This document shows positions 39,797 to 49,563 of a DNA stretch of 64,000 nt, piece by piece; within the stretch, counting starts at the first letter, position 1, and the number at the start of each line of letters is the position of its first letter. Location: NCBI GenBank assembly GCA_022827785.1, contig JAJEIM010000042.1, forward strand, positions 2,924 to 66,923, written 5' to 3'. The translations under genes were made by a program, and so were the position numbers. The notes beneath the pieces were generated by a model. That model worked only from the letters and a program-made list of their open reading frames with translations. It searched no databases and was not told where the DNA came from. Source of the DNA: Acidimicrobiia bacterium. GTDB lineage: Bacteria; Actinomycetota; Acidimicrobiia; Spongiisociales; Spongiisociaceae.

Positions 39797-41241
39797 CCTG
39801 GGAAGCGGTGATAGGCCTGGAGACCCATGTCGAGCTGTCCACGGAGTCCAAGATGTTCTGCGGCTGTCCGGCCCGGTTCGACGCCGAGCCCAACACCAAC
39901 ATATGCCCGGTCTGCCTCGGATTGCCGGGTGCGTTGCCCGTGCCCAACCGGGAGGCGATCAACCGGATCATGCAGATCGGTCTGGCGCTGAGTTGTTCGG
40001 TGACCCGCCGGCCGGTGTTCCACCGCAAGAATTATTTCTACGCCGACCTACCGAAGAATTACCAGATCTCCCAGTTCGATCTGCCGGTCTGCGTGGACGG
40101 CTACCTCGAGGTGGGCGGGGACGATCCCGCACGGATCGGGATCGAGCGTGTCCACCAGGAGGAGGACACCGGCAAGAGCACCCACCGGGGCGGCGACGGG
40201 AGGATCAGCGCGGCCGAGTACTCGTTGCTCGACTTCAACCGTTCCGGCGTTCCGCTGGTCGAGATCGTGACCCGTCCGGACATCCGGTCCGCCGCCCAGG
40301 CCAGGGCATACGCGCAGGAGCTCAGGCTATTGGTGGAGGCGCTAGGAGTCTCCGACGCCCGGCTGGAGGAGGGGTCGATTCGCTTCGACGCCAACGTCTC
40401 GGTGCGTCCGGGACCCGAGGCGCCACTCGGCACGAAGGTGGAGATCAAGAACATGAACTCGTTCCGGTCGCTGGAGCGGGCCGTCTCGTACGAGATCGAA
40501 CGCCAGACCGCCGGCCTGTCGAGCGGGCAGAGGATCGTCATGGAGACCCGTCACTGGGATGAGGAGGCCGGCGTCACCAGGGGTGGGCGGATCAAGGAGG
40601 GCAGCTCGGACTACCGCTACTTCCCCGACCCCGACCTGGTGCCGATGGAACTCGACCATGAGTGGGAGAGCCGGATGGCGGCCCTGTTGCCGGAGTTACC
40701 GAGCGTCCGGCGGGCCCGGTACGAGGAGATGGGTGCCGACGCGGCCCAGGCGGCCGTGCTGGCGGGAGCGGATGCCGGCCTGTCACGACTGTTCGAAGAC
40801 GCCACAGAAGCCGGGGCCGACCCCGCTCAGTCCGCTAACTGGGCGACCGGTGAGGTCGTGGCCTCCCTGCGGAAAGCCGGCATTCAGTCGGTGCGTGATT
40901 CGTCACTGACCGGGGCGTCGCTGGCCGAACTGCTGGGCATGATCCGGCAAGGATCCCTGTCCGGCTCGGCCGCCCGGGAGGTGCTGGCGGGAGTGATCGC
41001 AGGGGAGGGTTCTCCGGCAGAAGTGGCTGCCGACCGCGATCTGTTGCAGATCTCCGACACCGGCCTGCTGGAGTCGGTGGTGGACGAGCTGATCGCGGCG
41101 AATCCTGACGAGTTCGCCCGCCTCGCCAAGGGCGAACGCAAACTGGTCGGGTTCTTCGTGGGCCAGGTGATGCGTCACACCCGGGGGAAGGCCGACCCGA
41201 AGCTGGCAGGAAGCCTCATCGCTGAACGAGCCGGGCTCTGA
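39793..41241 (+). CDS. gatB: Asp/Glu-tRNA amidotransferase subunit B
   Basis: MTWEAVIGLETHVELST... and C-terminal GatB/YqeY domain. Overlaps the gatA stop. Confidence 0.93.
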   Translation: MTWEAVIGLETHVELSTESKMFCGCPARFDAEPNTNICPVCLGLPGALPVPNREAINRIMQIGLALSCSVTRRPVFHRKNYFYADLPKNYQISQFDLPVCVDGYLEVGGDDPARIGIERVHQEEDTGKSTHRGGDGRISAAEYSLLDFNRSGVPLVEIVTRPDIRSAAQARAYAQELRLLVEALGVSDARLEEGSIRFDANVSVRPGPEAPLGTKVEIKNMNSFRSLERAVSYEIERQTAGLSSGQRIVMETRHWDEEAGVTRGGRIKEGSSDYRYFPDPDLVPMELDHEWESRMAALLPELPSVRRARYEEMGADAAQAAVLAGADAGLSRLFEDATEAGADPAQSANWATGEVVASLRKAGIQSVRDSSLTGASLAELLGMIRQGSLSGSAAREVLAGVIAGEGSPAEVAADRDLLQISDTGLLESVVDELIAANPDEFARLAKGERKLVGFFVGQVMRHTRGKADPKLAGSLIAERAGL

Positions 41242-41320
41242 TCGCTGCCGCCTGAGGGGCGCGATCCGGAACCGGCCGGGCCGAACTACTCGCGCCTCGG
41301 GGTGAGTGTCCTTTCGAGCG

Positions 41321-41785
41321 TCAACCCGTGAGGGCCTGAACGATCCAGGCCGCGCCGAGACCCCACAACCCTGCCACCACGTCGTCCGCGGTGATCCCGA
41401 TTCCGCCCGGCAATGTCTCGGCCCTTCGCACGAGCGGGAACCACTTGGTGATGTCGGCGATCCGGAACACCACGAAGCCGACCAGAGCAGGCCCGAGCGA
41501 CACCCCGATGGTGGCGATGAACGTTCCGGCCGCCTCGTCCACCACCACCCAAGCCGGATCACCCTCATCGGCGAAGTATCCGCTCGCCCAGACCGAGAGT
41601 CCGCCTACCACAACCGCTGCCGCGAGCTGGGCCACCCAGCCCGCCCGGCCGAGGAGGAGCGCCGGCGCCAGAGCGGCCAGGGCGCCCACCGTCCCGGCGC
41701 CCTCGTCAGAGCCCCGGAGCCGGCGCGGGATGAACCCGCACCCGAACCATGAAGCGACGACCCTGGCCACCATCAATCCGGCCAT
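41321..41785 (-). CDS. pgpA: Phosphatidylglycerophosphatase A (PgpA)-like membrane protein
   Basis: WFGCGFIPR...GTVGALAA and DEAAG motifs characteristic of PgpA. 154 aa. Confidence 0.7.
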   Translation of the reverse strand: MAGLMVARVVASWFGCGFIPRRLRGSDEGAGTVGALAALAPALLLGRAGWVAQLAAAVVVGGLSVWASGYFADEGDPAWVVVDEAAGTFIATIGVSLGPALVGFVVFRIADITKWFPLVRRAETLPGGIGITADDVVAGLWGLGAAWIVQALTG

Positions 41786-41840
41786 GGGCGGCAGCGTAGC
41801 GACGGGAGCGCCTCCAGTACCGGAAGCCTCGACGCGGATA

Positions 41841-42563
41841 TCAGGAGCCGGCCGGCTGGTTGCGCCGCATCCGCATGTTCAGCATCTCGACCAGCACGGC
41901 GAACCCCATGGCCGAGTAGATGTAGCCCTTGGGGAGGTGGGCGCCTCCGCCCTCGGCGACGAGGGAGACCCCGATCAGTAGGAGGAACGCCAGCGCCAGC
42001 ATCCGGATGGTCGGGTGCTCGTTGACGATCCGCATGACCGGGCTCGACAGCCACATCATCACGCCGACCGCGATGAGCACGGCCGTGATCATGACGCTGA
42101 TCCGGTCGGCCATGCCGACGGCGGTAATCACCGAGTCCAGGCTGAATACGACGTCCAGCAACGCGATCTGGGTCAGCACCCCCGCGAAGGTGGCGGCGGT
42201 CCGGTCAACCCTCCCATCGTGGCGAGTCCCCGGATAGAGCTGCTCGTGTATCTCGATTACGGCCTTGGCGAGCAGGAACAAGCCGCCGCCCAGGAGGATG
42301 AGGTCCCGGCCGGAGACGGTGTGGTTCAGGATGGAGAACAGCGGGGCGGTGAGGCCTATGACCCAGGTGATGGCGAACAGGAGCAGTATCCGCATGATGG
42401 CGGCCATGGCGAGCCCGATCTTCCACACCCGGTCCCGGGATTCGCGCGGGAGCTTGTTGGCCATCAGGGAGATGAACACCAGGTTGTCCACGCCCAGCAC
42501 GATCTCGAGGGCCGTAAGGGCCACGAGGGATACCCAGATATCGGGCGAGAGCAGGCTACTCAC
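41841..42563 (-). CDS. TerC family integral membrane protein
   Basis: ALEIVLGVDNLVFISLMANKLP signature of TerC/Alx. 240 aa. Confidence 0.8.
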   Translation of the reverse strand: MSSLLSPDIWVSLVALTALEIVLGVDNLVFISLMANKLPRESRDRVWKIGLAMAAIMRILLLFAITWVIGLTAPLFSILNHTVSGRDLILLGGGLFLLAKAVIEIHEQLYPGTRHDGRVDRTAATFAGVLTQIALLDVVFSLDSVITAVGMADRISVMITAVLIAVGVMMWLSSPVMRIVNEHPTIRMLALAFLLLIGVSLVAEGGGAHLPKGYIYSAMGFAVLVEMLNMRMRRNQPAGS

Positions 42564-42693
42564 GAAAGCTAACCATCAGGATCAGCCAGCAGGATACCGC
42601 GTGTGCAACATTCGGACCCCGACAGATCCGGTGGCGGCACCCTGGGGCAAATCGGGAGCGGGTCCGGGTTGCTCGGTCTGCGGGGCTTCTAAG

Positions 42694-43614
42694 ATGGTGC
42701 TCATGGATACGGCTAGATACATATGGATGGATGGTCGGATCGTTGACTTCGAAGACGCCACCGTCCATGTCCTGACCCACGCATTGCATTACGGCACGGG
42801 TGTCTTCGAGGGCATCCGGGCCTACGAGGCCGCCGGCGGCACCGCCGGATTCCGCCTGACGGACCACATGAAACGCCTGGCGCGGTCCGCCAAGTCGTAC
42901 AGCATGGATCCCGGCTACACGGTGGACGAGCTGGTCGAGGCTGCCAAGGAGGTGGTCCGGGCCAACGAGTTCTCATCCGCCTACATCCGGCCGATCGTCT
43001 TCCTCGGTCTCGGCGCTCTCGGTCTGGATCCCCGCAACGCCAAGGTTCAGGTGGCGATCATCACGTGGCAGTGGGGTGCCTATCTCGGCGAGGAGGGCAT
43101 CCTCAACGGCATCCGGGTGAAGGTGTCCTCGTGGCGCCGCTTCTCCCACGACGCCTTCCCGAACGCCAAGGCGACCGGGACCTATATCAACTCGATCCTC
43201 GCCAAGCGGGAGGCGGTGACGGACGGCTACGACGAGGCCCTGATGCTCAATTCGGAGGGTGCTATCTCCGAGGGCTCGGGGGAGAACCTGTTCGTGATCC
43301 GTGACGGCGTCATCTACACGCCCCCGCTCTCGGCCGGTTGTCTCGACGGCATCACCCGCAACTCGGTGATGACGCTGCTCCGGGACGACGGGTACGAGGT
43401 GGTGGAGAAGGTGATCCACCGCTCCGACCTTTACTACTGCGACGAGCTGTTCATGACTGGGACCGCGGCCGAGGTGACACCGGTCCGGGAGGTCGATAAC
43501 CGTCCGGTGGGTTCGGGCCGTCCCGGCCCGGTGACCAGGCGGGCCCAGGAGATCTACGCCGACGCCTACACCGGGAAGCTGGATGAATACACCGATTGGC
43601 TCGACTACATCTAG
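42694..43614 (+). CDS. ilvE: Branched-chain amino acid aminotransferase
   Basis: 306 aa, fold-type IV PLP (EGSGENLF, LNGITR). Start at the internal ATG 42694 of ORF 42265..43614. The upstream part overlaps terC on the opposite strand. Confidence 0.88.
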   Translation: MVLMDTARYIWMDGRIVDFEDATVHVLTHALHYGTGVFEGIRAYEAAGGTAGFRLTDHMKRLARSAKSYSMDPGYTVDELVEAAKEVVRANEFSSAYIRPIVFLGLGALGLDPRNAKVQVAIITWQWGAYLGEEGILNGIRVKVSSWRRFSHDAFPNAKATGTYINSILAKREAVTDGYDEALMLNSEGAISEGSGENLFVIRDGVIYTPPLSAGCLDGITRNSVMTLLRDDGYEVVEKVIHRSDLYYCDELFMTGTAAEVTPVREVDNRPVGSGRPGPVTRRAQEIYADAYTGKLDEYTDWLDYI

Positions 43615-44135
43615 TTCTGATGGGTAGGCAACCGAACATCCGCCTGCGCGCTACAGAGCGGCCTGTTGAAGACCTGGATCGGGCCCCGGAGCGGCGCTGG
43701 ACCCCGACCCGTCCCGGTGAGATCACCTCTCCTGCCGAGACTCCCTCCGGAGGGTCGTTCGGACGGCCGGGCCCCGACACCGGCTGGGGGTTGCGGATGA
43801 TCAGGGCGGCTTCGTTCGAGCGGGGCCGGAGGCCCCGAGATCTGGAGCGTCTTCTATGCGCGCTGGTGGGCGCTCGGGCATCCGGGGCTCGTCGGGGACC
43901 CACTCGCCAGGACGTGGAGGTGGCGCTGTCGCTGGTGGGGCTGCACGATGGCTACGCCCGGACAGGTGGCGCCCCGGAAGGGCTCGCCGAGGTGAGAGAA
44001 CGCTGGCTGGACGAGTTGGCACACGATCCCTGGCCGGGCCGCTCGGCGCTCGGGTCTGTCCCGGCCGACCTGCTCATGGACGAGCCCCACCGGGTTCGAG
44101 CCCGTCTCCAGGCTGACCCGTCCCTGGTCGGCTGA
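43596..44135 (+). CDS. Hypothetical protein (Arg-rich, no recognisable domain)
   Basis: ORF only. Overlaps the ilvE stop. Could begin at a later start (about 43620). Confidence 0.3.
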   Translation: MARLHLVLMGRQPNIRLRATERPVEDLDRAPERRWTPTRPGEITSPAETPSGGSFGRPGPDTGWGLRMIRAASFERGRRPRDLERLLCALVGARASGARRGPTRQDVEVALSLVGLHDGYARTGGAPEGLAEVRERWLDELAHDPWPGRSALGSVPADLLMDEPHRVRARLQADPSLVG

Positions 44136-44534
44136 CCGGCCGGAAGAGGGCGTCAAGGGTGTTCTCTCGCCGGTCCGGAGCCTGGCGGCCCGCGTCACGA
44201 GGAAGGCCGCTCCGGCATGGCCCGATCCCTCCGCCGACCCCCCGACCGGAGGAGCGCAAACCGTCGCCGCCTGCGGCGGCCCCGCCGGGCCCTCCCCCAC
44301 CACCACCTTTCCTGGGATGAGAGCGCGCTTCGCCGGGCCGGGCCTCGGAGCCCGCTCTCGATGTTTGATAACTCCTCGGGCGGCCGGGCCGACGTCTGGG
44401 CTCGGGGCCGCCGGGTATTTGGTGATCCCCAACATGGTGCGACCCTGTGACAGATACGGCCCCGTCGCCCCGAGAACGCGAAAAAACCTCCGCCTGAGAC
44501 CCGGACCGCCGCGTTCGCCAGGGAGCGTGCGCCG

Positions 44535-45296
44535 GTGAAGATCGTCCGTATGCAGACCCCCGAGGGCATCCGTTACGGTGCTGTCGAGCCGGAAGGGATC
44601 CGCATCCACGACGGGACTCCGTTCGTAGCCTGGCAACCCACCGAGGTGGTGGTCGACTTCCGCCAGGCCCGTCTCCTGTCGCCGGTGTTCCCGACCAAGG
44701 TGATCGGCGTCACCGCCAACTACGCCTCCGGCTCGGACGATGCCGGCAGTGCGCTTCCGGACAGGCCGAGCCTGTTCATCAAGCCCTCCACGTCCGTCAT
44801 CGGCCCGAGCCAGGCGATCGTGCTGCCTGCCCTGTCCGGCGAGGTCCACCACGGAGCGGCCCTGGCCGTGGTGATCGGCAAGGTCGCCCGCAAGGTGGCG
44901 GTCGAGGATGCCGCCTCGGTGGTGCTCGGCTACACCGCCGGTAACGACATCACGGCCCAGGACCTTCTCCGGGAGGAGCAGCAGCCGGGCCGGGCCAAGA
45001 GCTTCGACTCCTTCTGCCCGCTCGGGCCGGCCATCGAGACCGAATACGATCCTTTGGAGGACTTCTCCCTCGAATGCCGTGTGAACGGCGTATTGCGACA
45101 GGGAACATCGATCAACGACATGATCTTCGGGGTGGCGGAGTTGATCTCGTTCGTGACCTACGTGATGACCCTGCTGCCCGGTGACGTGATCCTCACCGGT
45201 ACCCCTCAGGGCGCCGGGCCGGTCAAGAGCGGCGATGTCGTGGAGGTGTCGCTCGAGGGAGTGGGCACCCTGACCAATCCGGTGGTGTCCGAATGA
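44535..45296 (+). CDS. Fumarylacetoacetate hydrolase (FAH) family protein
   Basis: Conserved FAH-fold C-terminal half (GYTAGNDITAQDL...PGDVILTGTPQG). GTG start. Confidence 0.8.
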   Translation: MKIVRMQTPEGIRYGAVEPEGIRIHDGTPFVAWQPTEVVVDFRQARLLSPVFPTKVIGVTANYASGSDDAGSALPDRPSLFIKPSTSVIGPSQAIVLPALSGEVHHGAALAVVIGKVARKVAVEDAASVVLGYTAGNDITAQDLLREEQQPGRAKSFDSFCPLGPAIETEYDPLEDFSLECRVNGVLRQGTSINDMIFGVAELISFVTYVMTLLPGDVILTGTPQGAGPVKSGDVVEVSLEGVGTLTNPVVSE

Positions 45297-46762
45297 GCAG
45301 CAATGCCCGAGTCCGGGTCCGCATCGCCCCGTCGCCTACCGGTTACCTCCATGTCGGCAACGTGCGGGCTGCGCTGTTCAACTGGCTGTACGCCCGCCGC
45401 CACGGGGGTGTCTTCATCATCCGTATCGATGACACCGACCGGGCCCGCTCTGACGACCACTACATCGAGGACATCGTCTCCGGGTTCCGCTGGCTCGGTC
45501 TGGACTGGGACGAGGGGGTGGAGGTGGGAGGGCCGCACGGCACCTATCGCCAGTCGGACCGTTTCGATCGCTACCGGGAGGTGGCGGACCGGTTGATCGA
45601 CATGGGACGCGCCTACCACGACTTCCGTTCGGCAAGCGAGCTGGAGGAGCTGCGGACCCGGGCCCGGGCGGAGAAGAAGGCCCCCGGCCACTACGTGCGG
45701 CGTCCTCGCGGCAGCGACCCGGCCACGGCCCGCCGGCGCATCGGCGCCGGGGAGCAGGCGGTGGTTCGATTCTCGAATCCGGGCCGGGCCGTGGGGTTCA
45801 CGGACGTGGTCCGGGGCGAGGTGCGGTTCGAGGCGGACGCTATCGACGACTTCGTGATCCTGCGCTCCGACGGCTCACCGACCTATCACCTGGCGTCCAC
45901 CGTCGATGACATCGACTACGGGATCACCCACGTGGCCAGGGGGGAGGACCTGCTCTCCTCGACCCCCAAGCACATCCTGATCACCGAGGCGCTCGGCGGC
46001 GAGCGTCCCGTCTATGCCCATCTCCCGCTTCTCTTCGGCCCTGACGGGCGGAAGCTGTCGAAGCGTCACGGCGACACCTCGCTGCGCGCCTACCGGGAGG
46101 GCGGGTACCTGCCGGAGGCGGTGTTCAACTACATGGGCCTGCTGGGCTGGTCGCACGATCCCGACAACGAGGTCTTCGGCCGGGAGGAGGCGATCGCCGC
46201 CTTCGACCTGGCGGATGTCCAGAAGAGCCCGGCCGTGTTCGACCCCGGCAAGTTGGGCTGGATGAACGGCGTGTACATGCGGTCGATGGCCGCCGGGCGC
46301 TTCGCCGATCTGGCGGTCGCATCGGTCGAGGAGGATCTGGGGCGTGACCTTGACGATGACGAACGGAGCCGTCTGGCCGGATTGGCGCCCCTCATCCAGG
46401 AGCGTGCCAAGCTGACCACCGACATCGGCCCGGCGGCGCGCTTCCTGTTCTCGGACATCACCTACGAGGAGAAAGCCTGGCGGAAGGTGATGAAGGCCGA
46501 TGCCCCGCGGGCTTTGGCCTCCGCCCGGACGATGCTCGAGGGCATCGGGATCTGGACCGCAGGGAACATCGAGCGGGCCTTGCGGGACATGCTGGCCGCC
46601 GAGGGCCTCAACCCCCGCAAGGGATGGCAGCCGATCAGGGTGGCGATCACCGGATCCAACATCTCACCACCCCTCTTCGAGAGCCTGGAGGCTCTCCCGA
46701 AGGCGGTGGCTCTCGCCCGGATCACGGCTGCAATCGACCGGCTCTCTGCTGCGAACGGCTGA
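45293..46762 (+). CDS. gltX: Glutamate--tRNA ligase
   Basis: RIAPSPTGYLHVGNVRAALFNW (HIGH region) and KLSKRHG (KMSKS). 489 aa. Confidence 0.92.
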   Translation: MSSNARVRVRIAPSPTGYLHVGNVRAALFNWLYARRHGGVFIIRIDDTDRARSDDHYIEDIVSGFRWLGLDWDEGVEVGGPHGTYRQSDRFDRYREVADRLIDMGRAYHDFRSASELEELRTRARAEKKAPGHYVRRPRGSDPATARRRIGAGEQAVVRFSNPGRAVGFTDVVRGEVRFEADAIDDFVILRSDGSPTYHLASTVDDIDYGITHVARGEDLLSSTPKHILITEALGGERPVYAHLPLLFGPDGRKLSKRHGDTSLRAYREGGYLPEAVFNYMGLLGWSHDPDNEVFGREEAIAAFDLADVQKSPAVFDPGKLGWMNGVYMRSMAAGRFADLAVASVEEDLGRDLDDDERSRLAGLAPLIQERAKLTTDIGPAARFLFSDITYEEKAWRKVMKADAPRALASARTMLEGIGIWTAGNIERALRDMLAAEGLNPRKGWQPIRVAITGSNISPPLFESLEALPKAVALARITAAIDRLSAANG

Positions 46763-46811
46763 CCTACGCGTCCCCATAGGGACGCCGCGGGCGGAAGACC
46801 GTGAGAAACGC

Positions 46812-46837
46812 AGAGGCTCGCCACCAAGGGCGAGCCT
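46812..46837 (+). terminator. GC-rich 10-bp perfect hairpin downstream of gltX (terminator-like, no U-tract)
   Basis: GAGGCTCGCC-accaag-GGCGAGCCTC, read directly. 50 nt after the gltX stop. Confidence 0.4.
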
Positions 46838-46924
46838 CGCACCCAGCCACCGAAGCGAACTGGGGGGATTACTAGGACAAAGTATCTCACAGGTGTGACA
46901 CAAATACAACTCCGTTGTAGTTAG

Positions 46925-47572
46925 GTGTCTTACAATCGCAGCTTCATGGCGACGATTGTCTATATCGACGGGCTCAACTTTTACTACGGTGCTGTAAGGG
47001 GGACTGCCTACAAGTGGCTTGACTACCAGGCGCTTTGCGCACGGCTGCTTCCGCGCGACCAAATCACCAAGATACGCTACTTCACGGCGCGAGTCACCGG
47101 ACTCCCCCATGATGCGAGCGCGGCGACTCGGCAGGACACCTACCTACGCGCCCTCGAAACCCTCGCGCTCGTCGAGATTCACTACGGCCAAATTGTCACC
47201 AGGACCCGGAGGTTGCCGCTGGCCAATCCGACCCCAGGCAGCCCACGAACGGTGGAGGTTCTGGTGACCGAGGAGAAGCGGACCGATGTAAACCTCGCTA
47301 GCTACCTCCTACTCGATGCCTTCACCGGTGCATGCGACACGGCGGTCGTTGTCTCGAATGATTCGGACCTTGCCGAGGCCATCGACATCGCCACGAATGT
47401 CGCCGGAATCAAAGTGGGGGTGGTGAATCCCCACCCTGCCCGATACCGCTCACGACATATGTCGGGAACGTTCTTCAAGCAGTTGCGCTGCGGGATTCTT
47501 CGCCATTGCCAGCTCCCTTCGGAGCTCCACGACGATGCGGGAAGAGCCATCCGGAAACCAACTACCTGGTAG
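46925..47572 (+). CDS. NYN-domain (PIN-like) ribonuclease family protein
   Basis: IVYIDGLNFYYG ... AVVVSNDSDLAEAI matches the NYN/LabA-like fold. Locally lower GC. Alternative ATG start at 46946. Confidence 0.7.
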   Translation: MSYNRSFMATIVYIDGLNFYYGAVRGTAYKWLDYQALCARLLPRDQITKIRYFTARVTGLPHDASAATRQDTYLRALETLALVEIHYGQIVTRTRRLPLANPTPGSPRTVEVLVTEEKRTDVNLASYLLLDAFTGACDTAVVVSNDSDLAEAIDIATNVAGIKVGVVNPHPARYRSRHMSGTFFKQLRCGILRHCQLPSELHDDAGRAIRKPTTW

Positions 47573-47597
47573 TGCCCAGGTGATCGATGTCCGTCGG

Positions 47598-48854
47598 TCA
47601 GCCGAGAGCGAAGTCGAGGGCGTCGATCAGCCGGTCGATTTCGTCTTCGGTGGTGTAGTGGATGAAGGACATCCTCAGCACGCCGGGCTTAGTCGGTATC
47701 CGCATTTCGTCGAGGAGGCGCGGGGCGTAGAAGTCCCCGACGCCGACCATCATCCGGCGCCGGACGAGCGACTCCGCGACATCCGCAACCGGGCGTCGCA
47801 AGGGGACGATCGACACGGTGGGAGCCCGCCGGGTGGCGTCAGTCGGGCCTGCCACCCGCACATCGTCCCGCCCCGAGAGGCAACGCAGCAACCGATCCAG
47901 CAGCCTCGTCTCGTGGGCCCGGAACATGTCATGGACCGCCCGGCCTCGCTCCACCGGGGTCGCAGGAGGTCCTCCATGGTGGGCGTACAGGTCATCCACG
48001 TAGTCGATCACTCCGGCGCACGCCGCGATCTGGGCGTGGTCCTGACCGGCGGGCACCAGCTTGAAGCGAGGCTCGTCGGCCACGAAGTAGTGGCCCTCGT
48101 TCCCGAGCCTCTCCGCCAGTTCGCGGCGGACGAACATCACCCCCTGGTGCGGGCCCCAGGTCTTGTAGGCGGAGAAGAGGTAGACATCCACGCCTGACCC
48201 GCCGATGTCGGGCAGGCCGTGGGGAGCGTAGGACACGCCGTCGACCACCACCTTGGCGCCGACCTCCGCCGCCCGGGCCACCACCTCGGTGACCGGATTG
48301 ATGGCGGCCACCACGTTCGAGGCGTGGGGGAAGGCGACGAGTCTGGTGCGTCCGGTGATCAGCTTGTCGAGATCGGCCAGGTCCAGGGTCCCCTTCTCAG
48401 GATCGACCCGCCACTCCCTGACGACGATCCCCGTCGCCTCCAACCGCCTCCACACGCCGGCGTTGGCCTCGTGGTCCTGGGTTGACGCCACGATCTCGTC
48501 CCCCTCGCGCCACATCGACCTGAACGCCCGGGCCAGGACGTAGGTGTTCTGCGAAGTGGATGGCCCGAAATGGATCTCGTCCACCCCCACGCCCATCCAT
48601 CCCGCCATCCGCCGGTACGAGTGTTCCATCGCCTCGGTCGCCGCCTGGGAGAGCGGGAACGGATGGTCGGGCTGGACCTTGGTGCGGCGGTAGAAGCCGG
48701 TGAGCCGGTCGATCACCTGGCGGCAGACGTAGGAGCCGCCGGCGTTCTCGAAGTGCGCCCAATCCCTGAGGTCGGGGTCGGCGAAGGCCGGGAACCGGCT
48801 GCGGGCATACGCTACGTCGAGGGGTCCCAAGGATGCCTTCGCCTGTGCGTTCAC
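47598..48854 (-). CDS. Class V aminotransferase-fold PLP-dependent enzyme (cysteine desulfurase/epimerase-like)
   Basis: 418 aa. LFSAYKTWGPHQG (PLP-lysine context), class-V fold. Confidence 0.75.
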   Translation of the reverse strand: MNAQAKASLGPLDVAYARSRFPAFADPDLRDWAHFENAGGSYVCRQVIDRLTGFYRRTKVQPDHPFPLSQAATEAMEHSYRRMAGWMGVGVDEIHFGPSTSQNTYVLARAFRSMWREGDEIVASTQDHEANAGVWRRLEATGIVVREWRVDPEKGTLDLADLDKLITGRTRLVAFPHASNVVAAINPVTEVVARAAEVGAKVVVDGVSYAPHGLPDIGGSGVDVYLFSAYKTWGPHQGVMFVRRELAERLGNEGHYFVADEPRFKLVPAGQDHAQIAACAGVIDYVDDLYAHHGGPPATPVERGRAVHDMFRAHETRLLDRLLRCLSGRDDVRVAGPTDATRRAPTVSIVPLRRPVADVAESLVRRRMMVGVGDFYAPRLLDEMRIPTKPGVLRMSFIHYTTEDEIDRLIDALDFALG

Positions 48855-48945
48855 GCGCCCGAGTTTGCCAGATCGGGGCGCTCGGTACCGGTGGTCACGA
48901 CGCGGATGCTCCTCCGGTCAGCCGCAGCTACGAGCCGCTCCCGGC

Positions 48946-49371
48946 TCAGACTCGCTCCAGGACGATGACCGGGATGACCCGCGAGGTGCTGGACTCGTAC
49001 TCCGCGAACTGCGGGTAATCCCGCTTCTGCCTGGTCCAGATCTGATCTCGCTCGTCTCCGGTGGCGACGCGGGCGTGGACCCGGACCGTGTCGGTCCCGA
49101 CCTCCACCTCCGTACCCGGATTGGCCACCACGTTGTGGTACCAGTCGGGGTTGGTGTCCGCCCCGGCCTTGGAGGCGAAGATCGCGTAGCCATCGGCCAA
49201 GTCCTGATACACGAGCGGTGTGACCCGCCGGGTCCCGGTGCGGGCGCCCGTGTTGTGAAGGAGAAGCAGGGGCTTCCCGTCGAACATTCCTCCTACCCGG
49301 CCACCGTTGGCGCGGAACTCCTCGATGATCGCCTTGTTCCAGTCGTTCATGTCCCTATTCCGATCGCTCAT
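48946..49371 (-). CDS. Deazaflavin (F420)-dependent nitroreductase family protein (Ddn-like, DUF385)
   Basis: LLLLHNTGARTGTRRVTPLVY...ASKAGADTNPDWYHN pattern of the Ddn/F420H2-dependent family. Internal ATG start (141 aa). Confidence 0.7.
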   Translation of the reverse strand: MSDRNRDMNDWNKAIIEEFRANGGRVGGMFDGKPLLLLHNTGARTGTRRVTPLVYQDLADGYAIFASKAGADTNPDWYHNVVANPGTEVEVGTDTVRVHARVATGDERDQIWTRQKRDYPQFAEYESSTSRVIPVIVLERV

Positions 49372-49563
49372 CCTGCGCTCCGATCCGTGTCCTTGCTCAA
49401 GGGACTGTCGAAGCCCGCGCCGATGATGCCATGGTCCTGTCACAACCGTAAGGCTGATCCGTCGATCCTTCCTGGCGCCATGGCGGATCGGCTGGTAAAA
49501 GTCCCCACCGTGCGGGAGAAAAGTCTGTTTTCCACATGCAAGGGCCAAAGCAAATCATAAGTT

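Noticed and set aside
41242-41320. Possible bidirectional terminator between convergent gatB and pgpA
   Set aside because: The inverted repeat (GAGGGGCGCG / CGCGCCTCGGGG) is imperfect and lacks a U-tract. Too weak to call.
43854-44852. 332-aa minus-strand ORF spanning the 44136-44534 intergenic region
   Set aside because: Overlaps the 3' end of one plus-strand gene and the 5' end of the FAH gene. Arg/Gly-rich, no motifs. Treated as spurious, so the 400-bp region is left intergenic.
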